A stretch of 60,745 bases of DNA. Origin: Nanobdellota archaeon. GTDB taxonomy: Archaea > Nanobdellota > Nanobdellia > Parvarchaeales > Parvarchaeaceae. Below are positions 17,505 through 26,743 of the stretch, piece by piece. Location of the stretch: positions 1 to 60,745 of the forward strand of contig JAKAPM010000004.1 in the NCBI GenBank assembly GCA_021807085.1, in the 5' to 3' direction. Under the pieces are notes generated by a model that made no database searches, had not been told where the DNA came from, and saw nothing but the letters and a program-made list of their open reading frames with translations. The first letter of the stretch is position 1. The number at the start of each line of letters is the position of its first letter. A program made the translations under genes and the position numbers.

Positions 17505-18122
17505 TCATCTTGAGAAACGCAACGAACTGGTAATTTCGCTCAGGGCATAGCTGAACTCGGACGAAAACTGCCTGTTGGAGTTATGCATGGATATTATGGT
17601 GACTTTACCGGACGGGCCCATTACGACAACTAACACTATTTCTCTCCCGTCCACAGAAGTGTTCATGGAAAACGAGCTGTAACTGGAAAATGTGTAGTTT
17701 GTGATGTTGTAAGCGGGCACATTCAATGCTTCCAGTGCTTTTACCATACCTGAATAATAGAAGGAGAGGTCATTTACAGTATCGTTCTGGAAGACAAGTA
17801 TATAATTCGATATATTGACGTGTCCGCTTTTAGAATAATTATCGTAGAGGTACTTTGGCAGCATAAATGCGGAGTGGCTGTATGGAAAAGTCAGTGTAAG
17901 TTTCGTTAGGTTGGCTATAAACATTTGGTTGCTGGAATTAAATGACAGAGAAGAGCTATTGTAATAGTGGAGGGACTGTGAATAGTAGCCCACGGTATTG
18001 TTCGATTGGTTTGCCGTTGTGGATAACTGGTTAAAACCAGTATAAAACACCATCGATATAATTACTGCCGCTGCAATCACCACCCCCAACACCGCTATTC
18101 CCGCTTTTTCTGTTTTCTTCAT
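17505..18122 (-). CDS. N-terminally anchored extracellular protein, possible class III signal peptide (surface locus gene C)
   Basis: The start is revised to the ATG at 18122 (MKKTEKAG/IAVLGVVIAAAVIISMVFY), giving 205 aa. The tracked 5' extension to 18383 overlaps the upstream gene in another frame and looks non-coding. Confidence 0.6.
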   Translation of the reverse strand: MKKTEKAGIAVLGVVIAAAVIISMVFYTGFNQLSTTANQSNNTVGYYSQSLHYYNSSSLSFNSSNQMFIANLTKLTLTFPYSHSAFMLPKYLYDNYSKSGHVNISNYILVFQNDTVNDLSFYYSGMVKALEALNVPAYNITNYTFSSYSSFSMNTSVDGREIVLVVVMGPSGKVTIISMHNSNRQFSSEFSYALSEITSSLRFSR

Positions 18123-18132
18123 ACAAACACCT

Positions 18133-20877
18133 CTAAATACAACCCTGTGTGCCGACGCTGTAAGTAATGTAAGCGCCCGCACCAGAGAGTGTAGCCCCGC
18201 CAGTGGAAGGTGCAGTCCACACATACTGCGAAAGTAAGCCGGAATCACCGCAGATCCCATATATAGGATTACCGCAACCACTAGTGGTCCCTCCACTTCC
18301 GCACACGCCGCTCCAAGCAAACGTATAAGAACTAGCGCTCGTGCTATAAAAGCACGCTCCAAAAGCAAGACCTGTCTGTCCATTCGGGAGGGGGGATCTG
18401 TTATTTCCCCAGTTCAGCGTTTGGATGGCACAACCTATATTCGCTTCTTCATTGTAATTCGAATCTGGTAGGGGGGAGCCAGACGTAATAAACAAGTAAT
18501 TTACACAGGTCCAGCTGTTAAGTGATACTGAAGAACCTTGTGTCACGCTACTCCCTCCATCATTACATGGTTGACTCTGGTACGGAGCGTAACTGCCAGT
18601 TAGGTATGTTCCGTCCGGTCCGCCGAATCCACTATAACTGGGGGAGGATATGGTTCCTATGTTGGACTGTGTTACTTGGATATTATTCCCAGAACCTGTG
18701 CTGCCTGTGTCAGATCCATCGAAGTCCACAAACCAGTAATACACCCCAGCTGGGAGATTGGATGAAAAAGTGGTAGTGCAGGTCCACGTTCCGAGCGTCA
18801 CAGTGCTTTGCGTACCCTGCTCTATATTCTGGGAATTTGAATGGCAGGCTAGATTCGCGCTGTACGCAGTCGCCGAATAGGATGTCACGGAGCTTACCGT
18901 TTGCTGGACGGATATTGATGAGCCCGTATTTTGGTTGCCGGAGTTGCCGTTATAAGAAACGTACCACTGCTGGCTGGATGGAAGGCCGGTCTCGGAGAAC
19001 GTGGTAGTACAAGTCCATGTACCTAGAGTGACTGTGGAGCCTTGTTCTATGCTAGCCGACGAGGAGTGGCAGTTTATGTTGTTATCGTATGCCGTTCCCG
19101 AATAGCTGGCAACGCTGCCTATACCAGATTGCGTAATGTAAGTTGGCGAACCTGTATTTGCAGAGCCGGTAGGCGAGCCACTGTACGACGTGTACCACGA
19201 CTGTCCGGACGGAAGCCCATTTTCGTTGAATGTGGTCGTACATGTCCATGTGCTGAGGGCATCGCCCGATGTACCCGCGTTGAAGGAGGAAGTGGAGGAT
19301 GTGCACGCCAAGTTGTTGCTGTATGCAATGGCAGAAAGCGAGACTACGCTGGGTATGTTTGATAGGGTCACAGACGCAGCTGACCCTGTATTCGCAGCAG
19401 CAGAGTCGGCACCATCGTAGTTTACATGGTATTGCTGGCTCGATGGGAGTCCTGTTTCTGAAAATGTTGTTGTGCATGTCCATGCATTGAACGTGTATAC
19501 CGAGCCTTGGTACAAAGAAGGTTTATCGTATGAGTTGCAACTAAGGGACGACGGGTAACCTTCGCCGGGGTATTGCGACACCGTTGTCAGGTTTGTCTGC
19601 GTCACTGAGGTCGATGAACCTGTACTGACCGTCGGTAGCGTGCCGTCGTAAGTAGCGTACCATTGCTGGCTGGATGGAAGTCCTGTTTCTGAAAATGTTG
19701 TTGTGCATGTCCACGTTCCGAGGTCCACATATGAACCCTGCTGCATAGTCAACGGCGACGAGACACAATCAAGATTTTTACTGTAAGCCGTGTAAATATA
19801 ATTGGATATCACAGGTATATTTGACTGTGTAATTGATATGGACAAACCTGTGCTGCTGCTACTCGTTGATGAAGAATTGTAGGTAGCGTACCATTGCTGG
19901 CTGGATGGAAGTCCTGTTTCTGAAAATGTTGTTGTGCATGTCCACGAACCTAATGTGGGGGAAGTGCCCTGCTGCGGACTCTGGGGAGCGGAAGCGCAGG
20001 TAAGGTTGTTGCTGTACGCGGTCACTGTGGGGGACGTGACACTGGAAAGGCCGTTCTGAACGAACGATATCTGCGAACCTGTGTTTGCACTGGAGGAGTT
20101 TATGCCGTCGTAAGTCACGTGCCACCGCTGGCCGGATGGAAGGCCGGTCTCGGAGAACGTGGTAGTGCAGTTGGAGAGGAAAGGTATCTGGTTTATCTCG
20201 CTGGTCGGGGATACTCCCGCATTTCTTGTTGAATAGCTGGTGCAACCATAATAAGTCACTTGCGGGACGCTGAAGTTGTAGTTGCCGAAGGGCTTCTGGA
20301 AGCTGACGTTGGCGCCGCTGGTGGTGACTATGCTGTAGGCCGTGCTGCTGCCGAATGTCACGGAGAAGTTGCTGCCAACCGGAAGACCCTGCTCTATGAA
20401 GTATGTTATCTGTGTGTTTATTGCCAGGGGTCCTCTTATGGTGGAGGAAGTAACAGTCCCATTGGATGCAAGTTCAAGCTTTGAATGGAACGGGACGAAG
20501 CCTATGTCCACGGTTGAGACGAAGCTACCAGGAACGATATTAACGCCTACCCTGCACAGCGTGTTCTCGCCCTGGGCGAGTATGGAACGCTGGCAGTTGA
20601 GTGCGGTGAACGTGCTGTTGCCGACTATCACCGAGATATCGGTGAGATTTATTGTAGAGCCAAAATCGTTGCCTATCTGGAGCACGAACATCGATGAGTT
20701 GATCACAGCGTCGGACACGGCCACCCCCTGGAAACCGCTTATTATCGTAGACGGTGATCCCGTCTTGAAAACACCGAAGCCGTAAAGAATTGCAATGGAT
20801 AGAGTAACGACGACGAGCACCCAGCCCCAGCTTATCAGGTACTCCACAGCGGACTGGGCGTCATTTCCTCCGAACAC
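18133..20877 (-). CDS. Giant pilin-like surface protein: class III signal peptide, pilin-head domain, eight ~77-aa 'CTTTFSETGLPSxQxW' modules and a Cys-rich C-terminus (surface locus gene B)
   Basis: 914 aa. The N-terminus is MFGGNDAQSAVEYLISWGWVLVVVTLSIAIL. The head domain is alignable by eye with that of 7578..11081. Modules start at aa 237, 313, 391, 468, 546, 623 and 700, plus a degenerate first copy near aa 159. Confidence 0.8.
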   Translation of the reverse strand: MFGGNDAQSAVEYLISWGWVLVVVTLSIAILYGFGVFKTGSPSTIISGFQGVAVSDAVINSSMFVLQIGNDFGSTINLTDISVIVGNSTFTALNCQRSILAQGENTLCRVGVNIVPGSFVSTVDIGFVPFHSKLELASNGTVTSSTIRGPLAINTQITYFIEQGLPVGSNFSVTFGSSTAYSIVTTSGANVSFQKPFGNYNFSVPQVTYYGCTSYSTRNAGVSPTSEINQIPFLSNCTTTFSETGLPSGQRWHVTYDGINSSSANTGSQISFVQNGLSSVTSPTVTAYSNNLTCASAPQSPQQGTSPTLGSWTCTTTFSETGLPSSQQWYATYNSSSTSSSSTGLSISITQSNIPVISNYIYTAYSKNLDCVSSPLTMQQGSYVDLGTWTCTTTFSETGLPSSQQWYATYDGTLPTVSTGSSTSVTQTNLTTVSQYPGEGYPSSLSCNSYDKPSLYQGSVYTFNAWTCTTTFSETGLPSSQQYHVNYDGADSAAANTGSAASVTLSNIPSVVSLSAIAYSNNLACTSSTSSFNAGTSGDALSTWTCTTTFNENGLPSGQSWYTSYSGSPTGSANTGSPTYITQSGIGSVASYSGTAYDNNINCHSSSASIEQGSTVTLGTWTCTTTFSETGLPSSQQWYVSYNGNSGNQNTGSSISVQQTVSSVTSYSATAYSANLACHSNSQNIEQGTQSTVTLGTWTCTTTFSSNLPAGVYYWFVDFDGSDTGSTGSGNNIQVTQSNIGTISSPSYSGFGGPDGTYLTGSYAPYQSQPCNDGGSSVTQGSSVSLNSWTCVNYLFITSGSPLPDSNYNEEANIGCAIQTLNWGNNRSPLPNGQTGLAFGACFYSTSASSYTFAWSGVCGSGGTTSGCGNPIYGICGDSGLLSQYVWTAPSTGGATLSGAGAYITYSVGTQGCI
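18510..20403. repeat. Coding tandem repeat array, period about 231 bp (77 aa)
   Basis: A 64-nt stretch is identical at 19652-19715 and 19883-19946. Related copies occur near 18950, 19190, 19430 and 20110. Confidence 0.85.
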
Positions 20878-20936
20878 AATAGACCACTACAGTAACATGT
20901 TGCCAGCAGATAAAAACCTTTAAAATTGTTGGAGGA

Positions 20937-22142
20937 TTACGGAGTGACCGGCTTTATCGATATGTACTCGGGTACTATCAGACCGTTCGATGACAGAGTA
21001 ACGGTTCCAGTGTATTCGCCGTTCTTCAGGTCACCTGAGAGAAACGATGGTGTGAGTATTACTGCGTTCTGACCAACGGCCAGCTTGTCGGACGTTATAG
21101 TAGTCGATTGTCCAGACGGATAGAATGTCAGAGTGAGGTCTCCGGAGTTTATGATATTTGCGACGTCAACCACGAGGGCGTAGTTGTTTGCATTCGAATT
21201 AACATTGTAGTAAAGCGTTAGAGAGTTGGGCGCTATGCTGGGTATCTTGTAGGACAGTTCAGCGTTGGCTATCTCATACGACGAGCCTTTGCCCGGTACG
21301 AAGTCCACGCCGAACCCGAGGGGCAGCACAGTGGACGATGAGGACAGGCCAGACTCCTGTATTGCGTTGGATACCACAGAAGGCGGAAGTGTAAGTGAGA
21401 CTTGGTTGTTGTTTATGCCTATCGCAGTTGCGACGCTTATGCCGTTAACATAAGTCGTTAGGTTGCCAGACCCTATCTCCGTGTAGTTGAGGAAATAGTC
21501 GCCTATGCCGCTGAAAGTCATCACTTTCACGGAGTTGCTTACGTTGGCAGTATTGTCGACCTGTTCGATTATCTTCATGCTGTCCAGCGTGAAGGATTGC
21601 GTAAACGCAAAGCCGTTGAGGTAATCTGTTATCGAGAGAATCGCTTTCTTGCCGCTTATCTGCGGCAGCTTGACGATGATACTCTCGTTGTTGACAGGGA
21701 ACGCGGTGTAGAACTGACTGCCGTTGAGGGATAGGGCGAGTTTCGGCGACCCCGATACGCTTCCGATGTCCATGTAAAGGTAATAAGTGTCTGAAGCCGT
21801 GTTGTTGAATACCAAGTCGTACGATGACGAACCGAATATCGACGAACCTATAGTCTCGGACGCTTGGGTGAATATGGTCGAATTGCTCTGGCTGTAATAC
21901 ACGCCGAAGGTGCCTATCGGATAAGTCTTGATCTGTGGCTGTGGATAGCCTCCTATGTATGAAGATATATTCTTGAAGAAAGTGCCGGGTGGCACGGAAA
22001 ACGCATTAGTCGAGGTGTTGTTTATTCCTAATAGCTTGTAGGTCGTTGCCGGCGGCACCAACAAGAGGTATACCACTATCGATCCTATCAGCATGAGCAT
22101 GAGTACCACTACAGCCGGTATCCTCTCCCTAGTGTCCACCAT
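20937..22142 (-). CDS. N-terminally anchored, sequon-rich extracellular protein (surface locus gene A)
   Basis: 401 aa. The N-terminus is MVDTRERIPAVVVLMLMLIGSIVVYLLLV. The remainder is a beta-rich S/T/N/G composition with many N-x-S/T sequons. Confidence 0.6.
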   Translation of the reverse strand: MVDTRERIPAVVVLMLMLIGSIVVYLLLVPPATTYKLLGINNTSTNAFSVPPGTFFKNISSYIGGYPQPQIKTYPIGTFGVYYSQSNSTIFTQASETIGSSIFGSSSYDLVFNNTASDTYYLYMDIGSVSGSPKLALSLNGSQFYTAFPVNNESIIVKLPQISGKKAILSITDYLNGFAFTQSFTLDSMKIIEQVDNTANVSNSVKVMTFSGIGDYFLNYTEIGSGNLTTYVNGISVATAIGINNNQVSLTLPPSVVSNAIQESGLSSSSTVLPLGFGVDFVPGKGSSYEIANAELSYKIPSIAPNSLTLYYNVNSNANNYALVVDVANIINSGDLTLTFYPSGQSTTITSDKLAVGQNAVILTPSFLSGDLKNGEYTGTVTLSSNGLIVPEYISIKPVTP

Positions 22143-22166
22143 ATCACTATATTTACCACCTTAGAA

Positions 22167-22174
22167 TATATAAA
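22167..22174 (-). promoter_or_regulatory. TATA-like element about 28 nt upstream of the gene A start codon
   Basis: The minus strand reads TTTATATA. The ATG is at 22142. Confidence 0.35.
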
Positions 22175-22179
22175 TATTT

Positions 22180-22452
22180 CTATCGCATCGTAAAGTACCC
22201 CAAAAGGGCTTCCGGTACATCGAAAAAACCCATCTTTAGCCCGGCGTCGACATAACTCCAACTTATAACTATCGCCTCGTACGCCCGCACGAAGTCCTTC
22301 TTCTCGGAGAAGAAGCTGGAATCTTTGTAGTAGTTGAAAGCCATGTCGAAGAATCCCGCAGCCTCTTTCTCGTTGGATTTCTTCACTAGCCCCCCAAATA
22401 CCCTGTCCATCAGTTTCTTCTCGTCCAAAAACCTTTTCTGTATCTCATCCAT
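22180..22452 (-). CDS. Small conserved archaeal protein, DUF357-like
   Basis: 90 aa and helical (…AFNYYKDSSFFSEKKDFVRAYEAIVISWSYVDAGLKMG…). The assignment is from memory of the family. Confidence 0.45.
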   Translation of the reverse strand: MDEIQKRFLDEKKLMDRVFGGLVKKSNEKEAAGFFDMAFNYYKDSSFFSEKKDFVRAYEAIVISWSYVDAGLKMGFFDVPEALLGYFTMR

Positions 22453-23443
22453 ATTCGAGCAGCGACGAGTTCTTGGTGTCTATCCTGTCGAGCGACTGCG
22501 TCACTCTGTCCCTGCCGAAACCGTGCTCGTCGCACAGGAACTCCAGCAGCTTCTCCCTGTCGAATCTCGGGCGGGGAGGCGCCTCTTTGTAGACCGTCAC
22601 GTTGGGATCGATGAAATAATCGTATATGTCGTGGATGTCGTAAGCGGTTCCAAAATCATACTTGGACAGTATCTCGTCCTTCCCCTCCTCTCCGACTATC
22701 TTCAGCGCTTTTTTTGGGCCTATACCCTTTACCCCCTTGTTGTAATCGGTGCCTATAAAGAGCGCTACCAGTATCGCCCTTTCCCTGTCCAGGCCTACGC
22801 CGGACAATGCCTTCCCCACATCTATCATCTCCGGCGAAACCGCCGCGAAGACCCCCTTGCCAGCCACCCTTTTTTTGTTGGTAATGTTGAGGTTCCTCAC
22901 AATCTTATTCGCTCCAAACAGTATGGTGTCGTAGTCCTGCGAGGCGACTGCGTACGCGATGCCGTCAGAATTGAGTCTGGCCGCCTGCGCTTCCCCTTCC
23001 GCCGGCGCGCTTATCTGGCTTATCCCCATCAGGTTCAGCAGTTCGATCGAGGAATCTATTATGTAAGTGTCTATCTCGGATGTCCTTCTCAGGTACATCG
23101 CCCTCTCTTCTTCGGTACTTGCGTAAGTGGAGAGCTCCTTCGCCCTATCCTTTATCGCCTGCCTGTTACGCTGCGTTTCCTTTTTGAACTTTGGTGCTCT
23201 TCCATCGAAGACGTATATCGGCGTTATCTTGTTGGCTAGCAGGTTCACCGACCTGTAGAAAAGCCCGTTGAGGTGGGTCGTTATCCTGCCTTTGTTGTCG
23301 GTAAGGTAAGACCCGTCGGCCAGCCTTATCGTCGTTAGGAACTGGAATATCCAGTTGAAGGCGTCCACGGCTATCGTCTTACCTGCTAGGTCCCTCATTT
23401 GTACCGGTACGCCCTTCACAAGCGTGCTTAGCTTAACCCCCAT
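22445..23443 (-). CDS. fen: Flap endonuclease 1
   Basis: MGVKLSTLV...IAVDAFNWIFQFL...RITTHLNGLFYR...PIYVFDG...QDYDTILFG. The start is revised to the ATG at 23443, just after the map stop. Confidence 0.9.
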   Translation of the reverse strand: MGVKLSTLVKGVPVQMRDLAGKTIAVDAFNWIFQFLTTIRLADGSYLTDNKGRITTHLNGLFYRSVNLLANKITPIYVFDGRAPKFKKETQRNRQAIKDRAKELSTYASTEEERAMYLRRTSEIDTYIIDSSIELLNLMGISQISAPAEGEAQAARLNSDGIAYAVASQDYDTILFGANKIVRNLNITNKKRVAGKGVFAAVSPEMIDVGKALSGVGLDRERAILVALFIGTDYNKGVKGIGPKKALKIVGEEGKDEILSKYDFGTAYDIHDIYDYFIDPNVTVYKEAPPRPRFDREKLLEFLCDEHGFGRDRVTQSLDRIDTKNSSLLEYG

Positions 23444-23444
23444 A

Positions 23445-24335
23445 TCATCTCGTGGTGACAATCACTTCGTCTCCGTCTATCAGGACGGAATGCTCGAACT
23501 GTGCCACCATCCCTCCAGATTCCTCCTTGAGGACGTTGAATTCCATCAGCGAACCGCTCGCAACCAGCTGCTTGAATTCCAGTTCGGATAGCCTGCCGAA
23601 CTTCTCAACTATCCACCTCTTGGCGAACGGGAGTTCCTTGTATTCTTTCTTTACAAATTCCAGTATTTTCCTCCCCAGCCTGCTTCTTACTGGTTTGTCC
23701 TCCTTGAAAGCGTATATCTGGACTTCCGAGCTGTCCACTACGTAGCCGTTTCCAGTGGTGGAAAACGGTTCTATCGCTATCACTCCCTCCTTCCTTACGG
23801 TAGCGCCAGAATGCCCTCCTATGTTTGGTATAAACCCTGCTTCGTGCAGGTCGTACTTTCCTATGCCGTGCCCACCTAAGTTGGATATCGGCGAGAATCC
23901 CGCATCCCTTATAGTCCTTTCTATCTCTCTGCTTATGTTATCTATTGGTTTGCCGGGTACAACCTGCTTTATCCCGCTCTCGAGAGCATCCCTCGCCGCA
24001 CGGCAGAGGGCGTTCTCTTCCCCGCCAACCACGACGGTCGCTGCCGTGTCGGAAAGGAAGCCATCCACGCTGGCGCCGACGTCTATCTTGAGGATGTCGC
24101 CTTTTTTCAGCCTGGTGTCATCACCGAATCTTGGGGTGTAGTGCGCCGCCACGCTGTTGACGGAGAGATTCGGTGGGAACGCCGTCTTTGCCCCTAGGGA
24201 ATGTATTTTTTCCTCTATAGCACGAGCTATGTCCAACAATGGCGTGCCTTCCTTCGCAAGGGAAATCCCGTACTCCCTAGCTTCCTTTCCTATCCTGCCC
24301 GCTTCCAGCCATTTCTTCTTCTCCTCTGAGTCCAT
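23445..24335 (-). CDS. map: Methionine aminopeptidase, type 2 (archaeal)
   Basis: AAHYTP...GDILKIDVGASVDGF..., HGIGKY..., IAIEPF..., AQFEHSVLI. The ATG at 24335 is preferred over the tracked TTG at 24347. Confidence 0.85.
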   Translation of the reverse strand: MDSEEKKKWLEAGRIGKEAREYGISLAKEGTPLLDIARAIEEKIHSLGAKTAFPPNLSVNSVAAHYTPRFGDDTRLKKGDILKIDVGASVDGFLSDTAATVVVGGEENALCRAARDALESGIKQVVPGKPIDNISREIERTIRDAGFSPISNLGGHGIGKYDLHEAGFIPNIGGHSGATVRKEGVIAIEPFSTTGNGYVVDSSEVQIYAFKEDKPVRSRLGRKILEFVKKEYKELPFAKRWIVEKFGRLSELEFKQLVASGSLMEFNVLKEESGGMVAQFEHSVLIDGDEVIVTTR

Positions 24336-24374
24336 AGTATGACACAATAGGATGGCGATTCTACAATTTAAGCG

Positions 24375-26699
24375 TCACATGAAGTTTGACAGGGAATTTG
24401 AGCTGACTCCTGTTATGTCGTCTTCCTTGTACCCGAGAACGTTGAATATCTGAATCACTGATGGTATTATCTGGCTGTTTACATAGTAATCTGGATCATA
24501 CCTTATCCCATTCTGCTTTGCTATGTCAAACAGCACCGATCTCCCAGATATGCTCTCCCCAGGTTTTCCTTTGGATATTATGTACTTTATTGTGTCTCCG
24601 CTCGAGAAGCTTCTTCCACTCTTTTCGGCGGCAGAGACGTGCCTGCCAGCCTGTCTGTAAGACCCAATGTCCTTGTGTAGCCTAGTGTATATCGACAGCT
24701 TATCGAGGTCCATGCTCCCGCTTTTGACGTCCTTCACAACGCTCCTGACGTAACTTATCGCTCCATCGATATCCTTGTCAGCCAGGACCATCTTGAGGAC
24801 CTTTTTTTGCACCTCTTTTGCTATAACAGCCCAGTCTCTCCTCACAGATTGGAAGCCTTTTATCAGCACATTTCCGTTCGTATCGCACAGGGCGTACTTC
24901 TTCTTGAGTCCCTTTTCACCGCTCTTGGATGCGACAAATATCGCACTGCTGTACATGTCTTGGAGTTCTAGCTCCATCGGTTTGGGCAGCGACTCGTTTA
25001 TCCGCGAGAGGAAAGCATTAACAGAACCGAGAGTCATCGTGTCGCTCTGGAGGAATGTGGAATCAGTATCCCCGTAGATTACACTGAAACCTTCGGCCTC
25101 CGCCTCGTCTATAGTCTGCTTTATGTATTTCCTACCTAGTGAAGTGACTGCACCGGCGCAATCGAAACAGTACCATCTCGCGTTGTAGTATCCAAGATAG
25201 CCGTAGAAACCGTTCGCTACCAGCTTCAGCACCATAACTTTAGCAGTCAGTTCCTGGTCGCCCTTATCCAGTTTCAAGCGGTCCTTTGCTTCGAATCTTA
25301 ATCTTACGATTTCTTCGAGTACTCTCGGCACCAGCCCCACGCGCACGTCCTTGCCCAAAAACCTCGATTCGCCGTTCTCTACCGATATCGTAGACGGGCA
25401 GATATTATGGGAGATTATTATACTCGGGTAAAGGCTGCGGAAGTCGACAACCGCCACGTTGCCGTACAGCCCCGGTTTCGGCTGGAATACGAAAGCGCCG
25501 ACGTTTATCCGCCTCAGCCTTCCGCTGACCTCGAAGTCTGACGGCCTGTTCGGTATAGCCTCGTTCAGAGTTATAGCTTTCTTCATTATCAAGTGTTCCA
25601 CCATAGCGCCAGTCGTCATCCTGGACACGTCCGACAGCGTCTGGCCGACCAGCTTGTTGAATTCGACTATCAGCGGTGACAGTCGGTTGTAAAGCTTGAA
25701 GGTGATATTTGAATCCTGTATGCAGTAATTGCACAGGACTGTGGCCGTTTTCCTGCTATTGAACATATCCTCCGCCCTGTTCCAGTCGAATTCCCCCTTC
25801 GCTTCTCCTAGTACTTCCTGCGCGACTTCGCGGAGAGTTAGGACTTCCGTCTTCAGGTTGTACACGGCGTATATGTTCCTTATGAAATTCAATATGTCCA
25901 CATGAGCCATCCCGTTTATTTCCGCCACCCTCCTGCGTTCGCCCTTTATTTTCAGGTCAAAGCCCTTGAGTTGCAGTTTTACGCCGAGCAAGTCGGCGCG
26001 CGTCCTGATATACGGCATATCAAACGAATCGGAATTGTACCCTATCAGGGTGTTAACGTCGTGCTCTGTCACGAAGCGCGAGAATTCCTCCAGCAGCCCG
26101 GCTTCGTCTTTCACCTTTATGAAGTCGCCGTCATCGACATCCAGCCACGTTATGCATTTTCTGATGCTGTATCCGACGATCGATATCGCGACTATCGGGT
26201 CCGTCTTCGGATCTGAAAAATTGCGCCTGGAGAAAGTTTCTATGTCGATTGCCGCCGCCTTTATCGGGGGATTCGCCGGTTCCGACGATACAATGCTCTT
26301 TATGTTGTCACCGTCCAGTTCGAAAGTAGTCCTTGTCGACGAGCCGATCTGTTTGTCCAGCATGTAACGTTTGTAGAAAGGTATGTCAGCCTCGAACGTC
26401 CTGACACCTAGCTGTTTTATCTTCGGTACGTCCTCTGGCAGCCTAGTCACGATCTTTGACATCCTTACAGATTTTCCTAGAATAGATTTTTCAGTATCGG
26501 CCACGCCGTCGACGAAGGACAATCCTTGCGTAAGCCTCTCCATAGTCGCTTTATCGGACAGAGCGTAGCAGTACGGCTTGAACTCGTTGTCGTACAGAAC
26601 CTTCATTTCGCCGTCCTGTGTCAGTCCGAATATCCTCACGACGGGACGCCCCTCGAGCACCACATAATCGACATCGAGGGGGAATATTTCCACTCGCAT
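24375..26699 (-). CDS. polB: Family B DNA polymerase
   Basis: Exo motifs AAIDIETF and YNSDSFDMPY. Pol motifs DFRSLYPSII, KLVANGFYGY and YGDTDS. The start is revised to the ATG at 26699 (MRVEIFPLDVDY), because the tracked extension overlaps top6A. Confidence 0.92.
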   Translation of the reverse strand: MRVEIFPLDVDYVVLEGRPVVRIFGLTQDGEMKVLYDNEFKPYCYALSDKATMERLTQGLSFVDGVADTEKSILGKSVRMSKIVTRLPEDVPKIKQLGVRTFEADIPFYKRYMLDKQIGSSTRTTFELDGDNIKSIVSSEPANPPIKAAAIDIETFSRRNFSDPKTDPIVAISIVGYSIRKCITWLDVDDGDFIKVKDEAGLLEEFSRFVTEHDVNTLIGYNSDSFDMPYIRTRADLLGVKLQLKGFDLKIKGERRRVAEINGMAHVDILNFIRNIYAVYNLKTEVLTLREVAQEVLGEAKGEFDWNRAEDMFNSRKTATVLCNYCIQDSNITFKLYNRLSPLIVEFNKLVGQTLSDVSRMTTGAMVEHLIMKKAITLNEAIPNRPSDFEVSGRLRRINVGAFVFQPKPGLYGNVAVVDFRSLYPSIIISHNICPSTISVENGESRFLGKDVRVGLVPRVLEEIVRLRFEAKDRLKLDKGDQELTAKVMVLKLVANGFYGYLGYYNARWYCFDCAGAVTSLGRKYIKQTIDEAEAEGFSVIYGDTDSTFLQSDTMTLGSVNAFLSRINESLPKPMELELQDMYSSAIFVASKSGEKGLKKKYALCDTNGNVLIKGFQSVRRDWAVIAKEVQKKVLKMVLADKDIDGAISYVRSVVKDVKSGSMDLDKLSIYTRLHKDIGSYRQAGRHVSAAEKSGRSFSSGDTIKYIISKGKPGESISGRSVLFDIAKQNGIRYDPDYYVNSQIIPSVIQIFNVLGYKEDDITGVSSNSLSNFM

Positions 26700-26743
26700 A
26701 ATTACTCTAGGAAAAATGCGGTTATATAGTAATTCGGCGGATA

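Noticed and set aside
18123-18383. Tracked 5' extension of ORF 17505..18383 (MDRQVLLLERAF...)
   Set aside because: It overlaps the 3' end of the 914-aa gene in another frame and has an implausible composition. An ATG at 18122 gives a clean basic-then-hydrophobic N-terminus 10 nt after the upstream stop.
18510-20403. Regularly spaced repeats that could be mistaken for a CRISPR array (also 55935..56835)
   Set aside because: The periods are 231 and 129 bp. The repeats are in-frame protein modules inside long ORFs, and the 'spacers' are homologous to each other. No cas genes are present.
22334-23239. 301-aa ORF on the plus strand
   Set aside because: It is antisense to the well-supported FEN1 gene, and its R/L/V-rich sequence has no motifs. 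The 184-aa ORF 42727..43281 antisense to malic enzyme is rejected for the same reason.
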